DNA from: Octopus vulgaris
Taxonomy: Eukaryota
Direction of reading: 5' to 3'
DNA: 64,000 nt
Assembly: GCA_951406725.2 (NCBI GenBank)
Contig: OX597814.1
Span: forward strand, 101,866,001-101,930,000
Each line of letters opens with the position of its first letter. Within the stretch, counting starts at the first letter, position 1. Shown here in pieces: positions 53,050 to 64,000 of the stretch. Made by a program: the position numbers and the translations under genes. The notes below the pieces were generated by a model. It did no database searches. It saw only the letters and a list, made by a program, of their open reading frames with translations, and was not told where the DNA came from.

Positions 53050-54350
53050 TATATTTGCATCTATAAAATGGGGCATTTGAGTGATGGGACCTGCATCTGT
53101 ATATACTATTTGTTGATATTTTGTAATATAGCCTGTAATCCCTTCTTACTTTTGGTACAGGGTCAGCAATTTTGTGGGGAGGGGGAAGTTGATTACATTA
53201 ACCCCAATGCTTACATGGTACTTATTTTATCAACCCTGAAATGATGAAAGGCAAAGTTAACCTTTGAACTCAGAATATAAAGCCAGAAGAAATGCTGCCA
53301 AGCATTTTGTCCCACATTCTAAAGTTTCTGCCAGCTCAGTACTTATTATAAAAAGTCATGATGGTTGTTGCATATAAATTTGGTGCTTGTCCACTTTTGT
53401 TCATGTAATAGTTTCAGTTTTGCCGTGTTTCGCTTTGCACCAAAACAAATTCACTTTTGCCCAACTTGGCTTGGGTGAAGTTACTACCAACAGCTGGTAG
53501 TTCAACATGTGGCTCATAACAGCTGTATATTCCCAGGAAAGTTTCCAAGCTCTTTCTAGAACATTTCATTTGTGACACCTCTCATGGAATTTTGAACATT
53601 TCAGATTTCAGAACAAGGTTTATCAACTTTTACCACAGTAATTCCATCAATCTATTCCAACAATAAAGAAGCAATCCAAGAACAATGAGACAAAACTTAA
53701 CACAAAGCTAACCCTTTTGTTACCAAATTATGTTGATACACATTACCTTTATTTCAATTAATTTTGAAAATAATGAATAATCTTTTAAAATAATTTTCTT
53801 TCTTTTAAGTTGGTAGCTGGAACATAAATTAACATAGAATTTTGATGGGTTATTTGAATTTAGTTGATTTTAAAACAAGAAGTTTGTATAATAGAATTAG
53901 TCTCCAGTGCGATGGGATCAAAAGGGTTGCTAGTCAATGGATGTAAGATGGCGAGCTGGCAGAATCGTTAGCATGCTGGACAAAATGCTTAGTGTCATCT
54001 TGTCCATCTTTACATTCTGTGTTCAAATTCTACTGAGTTTGATTTTCCCTTTCATCCCTTCAGGGTTGATAATATAAGTGCCAGTTGAATATTGAGGTTG
54101 ATGAAATCGTCTTATCTCCTCCCTTGAAATCACTGACCATGTGCCAAAATTTGAAACTAATATTTACTGCATGAAGGATGAAGTACCAGCTCAATGGCAA
54201 GAGTGTTGTTTAGCCCCTAAGTGAAGCCTGATTAGGTCTTACTATGGTTTTAAGCATTCCAACCAGTAGTGAGCAGGTCATCCCATCATATTTTCACACT
54301 GTGTATCTCGGATTATATTATCCAAAATATCTATGCTTTTTGAGAAGATA

Positions 54351-54750
54351 AGGCGCAGGAGTGGCTGTGTGGTAAGTAGCTTGTTTACCAACTACATGGT
54401 TCCGGGTTCAGTCCCACTGCGTGGCACCTTGGGCAAGTGTCTTCTACTATAGCCTCAGGTCGACCAAAGCCTTGTGAGTGGATTTGGTAGACGGAAACTG
54501 AAAGAAGCCCGTCATATATATGTATATATATGCATGTGTGTGTCTGTGTTTGTCCCCCTAGCATTGCTTGACAACCGATGCTGGTGTGTTTATGTCTCTG
54601 TTACTTAGCAGTTCGGCAAAAGAGACCGATAGAATAAGTACTGGGCTTACAAAAGAATAAGTCCCGGGGTCGAGTTGCTCAATTAAAGGCGATGCTCCAG
54701 CATGGCCGCAGTCAAGTGACTGAAACAAGTATAAGAGAAAAGAGAAGAGA
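54351..54750 (+). mobile_element. Well-preserved family-A SINE
   Basis: Colinear with 7016-7395 and with the reverse complement of 59942-60370. Confidence 0.85.
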
Positions 54751-56153
54751 ATAAGTTGAGATTTCAGATCAATTCATTTGTTATCTCTAGTAAGATTAGC
54801 GACCATCTCATTTGCTCTTTTTTTTTTCCTATAATATTTATATTTGAATATTGTGTGAAGTAATGTCAGTGGTGTTGCAGTGAAAGAACTCAGAGATGTG
54901 GTAGCAATACGGGAATGGTGATAGTGGAATGAGGGTCCCGTTGTTGAAAAGACCTACCATAGTGTGTTTGCTTCATGTCTATACTCATCTTCATTTTACA
55001 CACACTTACACACCCCCACACACATACACAATCTCTCTCTCTCTCTCTTTCTCTCTCTCTTCCTCTCTTCCCCTGTATTTACACTTTTATACATGTTTTT
55101 TTTGGTTTTTGTTTCTTTTTCACTTCCCTCATGTTCTTTCCTCACTTCGTTTTCCTTTTAATTTTTCCTTTTAAAACAATTAGTTTTGTGATTTGTTTAA
55201 TGGCTGGGGTAGGTGTATGCATGTGCAAGTGGGTGACATGAATGGGAGTATGTGTATGTCTATGTAATTATTTGTAATTATGTGTGCATGCATGTGTATG
55301 TGTGTGTGTGTGTGTATAAATAAATACATTCAAATATCTATATGTCCTTCCAATTTTATGTATAAGTATGCACATACATATATATATATATATATAAACA
55401 TACAAATGAAACATATTTGCATGTGTGCATACATACACACATGCACTTAAACTTCTGTCTTTAAAGATAGGTAATTTCCATCATTGTCATCACTTCCACC
55501 TTCACCACTACCATCGCCATCATCATCACCACCACCACCATCTAGGTTGAGTATTTTCTACTGTTTTACAAACACTGATGTTTCTGTGTGCCTGCCTATT
55601 TGTGTTAGTAAGGAAGAGAAAAAAAAAAGGTAAATAAAATAAAAATACCATCAACCAGTTCAGTTCTGGTAGTCTAGTGTTTTCTCATATATTATTTGTT
55701 AATTGGTTGCTGCATGCTAACGAGATAGATTACACTGCAAATCAATGGGTGATGGGGAAACAAAAGAATAATAAATATATAAAAGAGCAGCTGCTGCTGC
55801 AACAAGGAAAACTAAACTAAACAATCAGCAAAAATCAAGTAAATTTTTGCTTATGTTACCTTTTTTTTCTTTTTTTTATGCAGCTACTTTTTCTTTTTTT
55901 TTTGTAGAGAGATGGGTTTGATTGATTAAATCAATCAACATCCATTATTTTGCTGGTATTTAATGTATCGATGCTAGAAAGGTGACTCATTAAATCAACA
56001 CTGGCTTTATTCGAAATCAAAAATACAGAGGCACAAATCTTCTGGCCCTTCACCACCACAACTCCCATCAACATGCATTTCTGTCAATTGTTGTTTATCC
56101 ATGCAATGTCCTTTCATCTGTTGCCTTTGGCAGATGAAATTATTATTATTATC

Positions 56154-56790
56154 CGTTAGTATGTGGGACAAAATGCTTAGCAGTATTTCAACTGTTGCTA
56201 CAATCTGAGTTCAAAGTCTACCAAGGTCAACTTTGCCTTTCATCCTTTTGGGGTCGATAAATTAAGTACCAATGAAACATTGGGGTCAATGTAATTGACT
56301 AGTCCCCATTCCCAAAATTTCAGGCCTTGTACCTATAATAGAAATAATAATTATTATTATTGTTATTAAGGTAGCAAGCTGGTGAAATGTTTAGTGGCAT
56401 TTCATCTGCCACTATGTTCTGAGTTCAAATTCCACCAGAGACAACTTTGCCTTTCATCCTTTTCAGGGTCGATAAATTAAGTACCAGTTGAGTACTAGGG
56501 TCAGTGTAATTGACTGTCCTCCTTCCTGCAAATTCCAGATCTTATGCCTATAGTAGAAAGGGTTATTATTAAGGCAGCGAGCTGGCAGAATCGTTAGCAT
56601 GCCAGGCAAAATGCTTAGCAGTATTTCATCTGTCTCTACATTCTGAATTCAAATTCTGCTGAGGTTGACTTTACCTTCCATCCTTTTGGGGTTCATGAAA
56701 TAAGTACCAGCCAAGTGCTGGGGGTCGATGTAATCGACTTGTCCCCCTCCCACACACTCACACAAATTTCGGGGCTTGTGCCTATAGTAG
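56154..56790 (+). mobile_element. Three head-to-tail family-C SINE copies separated by (ATT)n tails
   Basis: The ctga[g/a]ttcaaa core recurs at ~56205, 56419 and 56643. Confidence 0.85.
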
Positions 56791-57239
56791 TACAATGAAT
56801 CAGTCTTTGAAAGATCTATAAATTTGTGCATCAAAATGAATTTTCATGGGTCCCACTACTTTTTTCATTACCTTTCCCCTCTTTCATACATTACACTAGA
56901 GATTATTACCTCTGGCAGCAAATTACGGCAAGTAACTTTTGCTTATGATACATTTTATACTAATTTTTCCAATGAAAGTTTGTAGAAGAAATGTAAGGTC
57001 TCACAGCTTTGCCTTTTATGTAAGGGTATAAAATATTATTGAATGTCTGTTATCTGCTAGCTTATAACCAAAATGATAACACCCACCAACACATACACTC
57101 TCTCTGTCTTTATTTAAGGAAAAGGCACCAAAATGTTAGATTCTTCGCTCTTTCATAGCAATTAAACTTAAAGAATTCTCTTACAAACTTTCCTATGAGT
57201 TTTGGATTATTCTCATAGTTTTTCTTTTGTTGACCACTA

Positions 57240-57880
57240 ATACCTCTTCAGTGTCTTACAGTTGTATAGTTTGTATAAAACAGAATTTTTTTGAGATTGC
57301 ATTTTGTACATCTATTTTCTTCAGTGACAGTGTCATTGCAACCTAACATTTGAAAATCTGATAAACCTCAAAATTTTTCTTGTTTCTTGATCATAATACA
57401 GCTATATCCACAATTTGCAATATTCATTTTTTCCATTGTCTCACCTTCATATTGCTACAGTAATTGTTCTCATGCTAAAAATTCTCCCAGTTATTCCATG
57501 TACCATTTATTAACAAAAGCGGTTTACTAACAGAAATGGTAATGCTTGTTAGTTGATATTTTCTTTTTATTCCTTTATATTTAGAATTTATATCACCTGG
57601 TCTATTTTTTACCTTGTTGCTGTATTTCCTTTTTTCCAAAAAGGATTTCAATAACTTATCAAACATCTATGCACTGGGGATCAATTCTAGCGAATTTGAT
57701 TATAAATTTGTGGTCTATTTTTTTTAGCAAGTTACATTACTTAAGTGGCATGTACCAGACATGTTTAAAAGTTTTGCTGAAGGTTGTCAAGAGTGAGAGA
57801 TCACTGATGTGTGATATAGGGAAACAAGTTCAAAGTAGTTATGTCTCTTTGGAAGTAGCACTGATGAGGAAAAGGGATTA
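57240..57880 (-). mobile_element. Very decayed LINE RT remnant (clade uncertain)
   Basis: Minus-strand fragments such as FDKLLKSFLEKR and LLINGTWNNWE loosely resemble RT-region motifs; heavily disrupted. Confidence 0.35.
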
Positions 57881-58915
57881 AAGATCATAAAGTTGATTGT
57901 TGATGTTGTTTACTCCTGCAGGTCAGCTCTGGTTGAGCTGACCTATGATCAAAGTTGTTCCAGCCATGATCATCCGGTTTTTCTGTATATAAAGGACTAC
58001 ATTATTCAATGTATCCTTCTTTATTTAAATCAGTAATTTGAAGAGGATTTAGCTACCATTTCTAGTAGGTCAAGCAACTTTGTTGGACTCCCTTGATTAA
58101 CCCTTTAGCATTCAGATTACTCTGTCAAATCATCATCATCATCATTTAACATCTTTTTTCCATGCTGGCATGGGTTGGATGGTTTGACTGAAACCTGGTA
58201 AGCTGGGGAGCTGCACCAGGTTCCAATCTGATTTGGCATGGTTTCTACAATTGGATAACCCTCCTAATGCCAACCACTCCAAGAGTGTAGTGGGTGCTTA
58301 TTCATTTACTTTGTTTTGAATTAATCATGCATTTTCTCACAGCTTTGAGATTTCATTGATGTGATTGTTTAATCTTATAATGATATTGCAGAGTAGGTTT
58401 GATAAGCTAGACATGGCCAGTTTGAACATGAAACAGATAGATTATCTGGGCCAGATATGGCCAGTTTAAATGTTAAAGGGCTGAAGTATCCCAATAACCC
58501 TTGAGATAATAGCAGTGAGGGCCGTTGTTGGATAATTAGCCAGGTCAGACATGCTCTCTTTTGGAGCTATGACATGGGACTGCCATATATTTCCACTAGT
58601 TGGAGTAGATGTTGTAAGCCTCTACTAGAATTGAACTTTTGCTCATACTCATTTCACATATATACTTTTGCTGATATTTTATTTTTGTGTATTTTTTATA
58701 AATATTTTTTTTGCATGTTTTATTGAAACATTCCTGTGATGATTCATCTAGAGTGATAACACAACATAAGATGCTCACAAACAATGAATTAAAATTATTT
58801 ATAATTATTTTATTATTTAAAATTATTTATAATAAATAACAATGTTGATAACAGTAATCTATTATGTGACTTATTTTTAGTTTGTGCTTACAAATCGAAA
58901 TAATTTTCTTTGCAG

Positions 58916-59005
58916 ACTGCACTTCATTGGGCAGCAAAACATGGCAAACCAGATGTTGTTAAATTATTGTGTGGAAAGCCTGGTGTTAACGTGGACCAAA
59001 AAACA
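58916..59005 (+). CDS. sowah: Coding exon (90 nt, phase 0-0), ankyrin repeat core: TALHWAAKHGKPDVVKLLCGKPGVNVDQKT
   Basis: ttttctttgcAG (58914-58915); GTAAGT at 59006. Ankyrin consensus TxLHxAAxxG..VVxLL...GxxVx; TALHWAAKHG is typical of the SOWAH family. Confidence 0.92.
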
Positions 59006-59941
59006 GTAAGTATTGTTTTGTTTTGATTATGTTTAATGAGAAATATTGCATGTGGACTAAAAACATAGACATAGCTGCATAATAGTCCTTGTGGAGAAAT
59101 TGTGATATTAGAGAGAGAGAGAGAGAGAGAAATGCATGCATTTTGTGGAATATTACTGGAGAGTTATATAATAACTCATTTGTGATACACTCCAATAAAC
59201 ATCCCTGATACGAATATGCATGGAATGGTAGTCCAGAGGAAAACTTTGTTGACCAGCTCTGTATGGACATGAGATGTTGGTGTGCTGACTTCATGGTCTT
59301 ATGCAGGATCATGAAGGTTCATGAAGTTAGGCCAATCCAAGCAAGCTCAGCTTACTTTTCCTCAATCCTTAGTATCATGTTTCACATTTTACTTTTTCAT
59401 GCTGGTGCAGACTATATTTGTAAACTATTCTCACTCTTGTTTTACATTGGAGAAATATGGCTGTCAGGCTAATTCGTTATATTCACTTTAACGAAATTCC
59501 TGAATAACACAAAATGTTGTGGAACCTTTCATATTCTTCTATATAAATCATGCCCATGGGTATTTATGTCAATCTTTTCAATACTCTTTAACACTATGAT
59601 TTAATAGCACTGCTAACACAGTAGAACACAGTATTGACTTATAAAAGCTTTAAATGTACTTTGTAATATATTATGGTTGCATAACGAAATGCAGTTCTCA
59701 TACAGGTCATTAATAAGTGATACGATACAAAACTGAACAAATTTGATACGATACGAAACTGAACAAATTTTATCCTTTTCATATATGACTGGTGAATCAG
59801 CTGAAGCCAGTGCATCACTGTTCACACATACAAGTCTACAAGTGGTAGACTCTGCTTGCATATTTCAAGTCAGCAAGTCATTTTGTGATAGATTTGGTGT
59901 CTCAGTTGACACTTCTGGATTTGTTATATTATCATCATTGT

Positions 59942-60147
59942 TTTACTCTTTTACTTGTCTCAGTCATTTGACTGTGGCCATGCTGGAGCATCGTCTGTAG
60001 TCGAGCAAATCGACCCCAGGACTTATTCTTTGTAAGCCTTGTACTTATTCTATCGGTCTCTTTTGCTGAACCACTAAGTTACGGGGATGCAAACACACCA
60101 GCATCGGTTGTCAAGCGATGTTGGGGGGGACAAATACAGACACACAT

Positions 60148-60196
<49 letters not shown>

Positions 60197-60370
60197 TACA
60201 TATATACGAGGGGCTTCTTTGAGTTTCCATCTACCAAATCCACTTACAAGGCTTTGGTCGGCTCGAGGCTATAGTAGAAGACACTTGCCCAAGGTGCCAT
60301 GCATTGGGATTGAACCTGGAACCATGTAGTTGGTAAGCAAGCTACTTACCACACAACCACTCCTATGCCT
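59942..60370 (-). mobile_element. Family-A SINE
   Basis: Reverse complement of 54351-54750. Confidence 0.85.
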
Positions 60371-62591
60371 ACACAGCCACTCCTACTGTCTACTGTTTTT
60401 TTTTTGCTTGTATGAGTTGTACAGAAGGTTGGAAAGGAAATGGTATTCATTTACAACAATCACGCGACGTCAAGACAAGGTGATACAAACATAGACACAC
60501 ATGCAAGTGCACACACATGCACACAATGGGATTCTTTCAGTTTCCATCTACCAAATCCACTCAAAAGACTTTGGTCAATCCAGGGCTATTGTAGAAGACA
60601 CCTCTTGTACAAGGTGCTGTGCAGTCGGACTGAGCTCCAAACTATGTAACTTTTGATCCATGTGCTGTTATATTAGTTGTATATTATGCACTATTGTTAT
60701 TGGTATATCTGGAGTTAGTAGGCCTCAGCTTATAGATGTTGTGGCACTACTGCCATGCCTGCAGTTATTGTTTTCAATGCTGATTCATCAGGAATTGCAA
60801 GCTAGTACTGATACATCTGCTAACACATATATAGCCGTTTATCACTTCTCTCAAATTGGTACCATTATTAAACTAAACCTGTCGCCACTACCACCACCAC
60901 TGCTTCTTTCTTTGCTTTGTGTTCCAACCATCCAACAACAACAATGGAGAAAATTATGTTAAGTACACAGATTACTGTAGTCTTTATGTTAGAATCTGAA
61001 CTACTACGGAAGAGTTCACGCACTTGTGTATGTATGTGTATATATGTATATACTGTTTGTGCATGTACATGTTATTTGTGCATATGTATGTGTTGTTTGT
61101 GTATTTCTGCTTGTATTGAAGAAGAGCAGAGAAGAATAAAGCTTTTTACATAAGTTGTGTAAACATTAAATTAACTACTTTATATAAAAACCAACATTAA
61201 TAACAAATGCTGCATCAATAACAACAATAGAAAGACTTACTCAGATTAAAAAAAAAAAAAAAATAAGAGTAAAATACTGCTAAGTGATAAATAAATAATG
61301 AGATAAAGTTCTGAGTTTAGAGATAAGCAATGCAAACCAAATTTATCTTATTTCAACATTCAAAAAGTCGTTTTTGCTTTCACAACAGAACTTATTTTCC
61401 TGAATTGATTTTCAAAATATATATGTTACTTTTTAAATAAATAAAGATGCAGCATGCATTTATTTATCTCTGTTACCCATGCTTTCATAATGTCATTGTA
61501 TTTAAAACCACCTGCTCTTCACTCTTCTCTCTCACCTGCATCCATCAGGATACTCAGCCATGTTTGTTTACCCATAAACAGGCAGCAGGAGTAGGAAGAG
61601 GAATAATTTGTGCTGTAAGCAATGGCAGCACTAAGGAATCATGCAGTACTGAGTTCAGTTCTTCTTCTATCAGAAAAATGTTATCTATGAAAGGCCAACA
61701 TCTTACCCATAAAAGAATTATCCCTCCGTTTAATGTTACAGAAGCAGACACGGCTTCTGTGGTTATAAGTTTGCATTGCAACCGCATGATTCTGGGTTCA
61801 TACCCATTGTGTCTTCTACTACAGCTTCAGGCCTACCAGTAATTTGCAAGTGAATTTACTTAACAGAAACTATATGGATATAGGTGGCTAGCTGGCAGAA
61901 ACGTTAGCATGCTGGTGAAATATTTAGTGGTATTTCGTCTGCCGCTACATTCTGAGTTCAAATTCCGCCGAGGTCAACTTTGCCTTTCATCCTTTCGGGG
62001 TCAATAAATTAAGTACCAGTTATGCTCTGTTCCTTTGTCTGTCCTTGTTTGTCCCCTCTATGTTTAGCCCCTTGTGGGCAATAAAGAAATAAAAAACTAT
62101 ATGGTTATGCATGTCTCATGCATACAGACACACATATGAGTGTGTGTGTATCACGTAAAAAGCACCCAGCACAGTCTATAAAATGGTTGGCATTAGGAAG
62201 AGCATTCAGACATAGAAACAAAGCCAAATCAGACTGGAACCTGGCACAGCTCTCTGACTTGCCAGCTCAGATCTATCTGTTCAACCCATGCCAGCATGGA
62301 AAATGGATGTTAAAGGATGATGATGATATATATATTTGCAACTACAATATTTTATATTTTATTTCTACTTCCATTCTCTTATTTCCCTCTATATTCCCTA
62401 TCTCCTCCTTTTCCATAATAATTCCTTACTTCAAACTCAAATATTTACCTCTGTTTAATCATCTCACATCGTCTCTGATGAAGGGATATTCCTAATATCC
62501 CAGAAACAGCTGTAAGACTATATCTATATTTTTTTTCCTTATAAATGTCCTGAAAACTCCTCACAGCCTTGGCTTTGTTATCTCATTTTGT

Positions 62592-62627
<36 letters not shown>

Positions 62628-64000
62628 GTAAGAGCCAGGAATTGAAGTGTAGGAAGAAAGTTAGCTTCGAACAATTCTGCCCACTATAGAACATATGTAA
62701 CCCGGATCTTACATACTCCATTCTGTAACTCTTGTATATACATATATGAATATATATATATGTATGTATGTATGGTGTGTTCATTTGTGCACAAATATTG
62801 ACATTCTACAGCATCGCCAAGTAAAACTGATTATGATGTTTCCTTTCCTTGTTGACAGTAAGAGTGGTCAGTTTGTGTTTTCAAAAAACTGTGGAATAAA
62901 AATAAAATCCCTAAGTTGAAAAAAAAAATCACATAAGGTCCATCAACAGGAAGAACATTCAGTCATAAAAATCCCTGCCTCAACTATGTCCTCATCCAAA
63001 GTTGCATGCTAACATGCAAAATGGACATTGAGCACACAAATAAATGAAAGTCATGGATAAGTATTTATCTTATGAAACATTTTGATTTATTAAAAAGATT
63101 AGTTATTAACAGTATTGTTTCTTCTGACATAAATAATAATAATATACCTTTCTACTATAGGTGTAAGGCCTGAAATTCTAAGCAGAGGACTAATTGATTG
63201 CATCAACTTCAGTGCTCATTTGATGCATATTTTATTGACCCCAAAATGGTGAAAGGCAAAGTCGACCTTGACAAATTCTGGACTCCAAGGTCGACTTTGC
63301 TTCTCATCCTTTTGGGGTCAATTAATGATGATGTGGATGAAGTACTGTATGAGGTTATGATCAAGGATTACTGATCACATAATGAGTTGAAGCTTTACTG
63401 TAGTTATTATATGGTACTGCAGAGCAAAGCAAGCAGTCCCTCTTAATTGCCTCAGCCTGTTTAGCTGACAAACAGGTTCCACGCTCGTTTTACCTACCTC
63501 TACCGCAATGAAATTTGCCAGACACATGCAAAGCATGGAATTGTAGCTATCAAAACAATGCTTCTCATTTTATTGGATCCAGAGATATAAAAAGCTAAGT
63601 CAATGAAGGCAGAATTTGAATTCAGTACAGGGTGTATGAAACAAGATAACATAAGCAACTTCTTTAGATCTCTACCATTTCTGACCATCTTGAACTAACA
63701 GAGAAGCCTCTAATGTAGTCAACCAACTTGCTAGAAATAGCAGCTAAATGTAATACATATTACAACACTCTTCTATCTATCTGAATAATGTTGTCCTAGC
63801 TATACGATACACAGAGAAAAAAATATATATTGATGGGGATTACAGCTGGAATGCCTTTAATTATTATTGTGTAGTACCAGGGCTGACCTGAGGCTAAACA
63901 GTCACAACAATAACAGCACTACTCATCAAGCTTTATCAAAGTAAAAGAAATGAAAAAAAAAAAAATGAATATTGATTTCTGTCTAAGCTCCACTGAGAAT

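Noticed and set aside
56154-56790. Regularly spaced repeats resembling an array or CRISPR
   Set aside because: Tandem SINE copies in eukaryotic DNA; no unique spacers or cas genes.
59718-59770. 26-bp tandem duplication (similar ones at 5516-5570 and 15301-15362)
   Set aside because: Ordinary slippage duplications with no further structure.

Overview
AT-rich animal genomic DNA dense in repeats and microsatellites. The tRNA-derived SINEs, (GAT)n-tailed RTE LINEs and long introns point to a coleoid cephalopod, most likely Octopus (inferred from repeat content; no database search was run). The whole window lies inside one + strand gene that the ORF track almost entirely misses: a SOWAH/sosondowah-like ankyrin-repeat protein. 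I read seven phase-0 exons: 3103-3246, 28545-28598, 29804-29905, 33359-33370, 36841-36843, 39454-39456 and 58916-59005. Main finding: the loop before the ankyrin TALHWAAKHG helix is built from three consecutive microexons of 12 nt (SFIN), 3 nt (Gly) and 3 nt (Tyr). Each has a CAG acceptor, a long AG-free U-rich upstream zone and the same GTAAGTAAA donor. Together they give ...LAKER-SFIN-G-Y-TALHWAAKHG, matching the family DFxxG[YF]TALHW motif. The introns hold decayed transposons: RTE LINEs, three mariner copies, a Tc1-like derivative, a piggyBac nested in an old LINE, Helitron-like elements, MITEs and many SINEs. A reconstructable inversion through a hAT MITE is also present.
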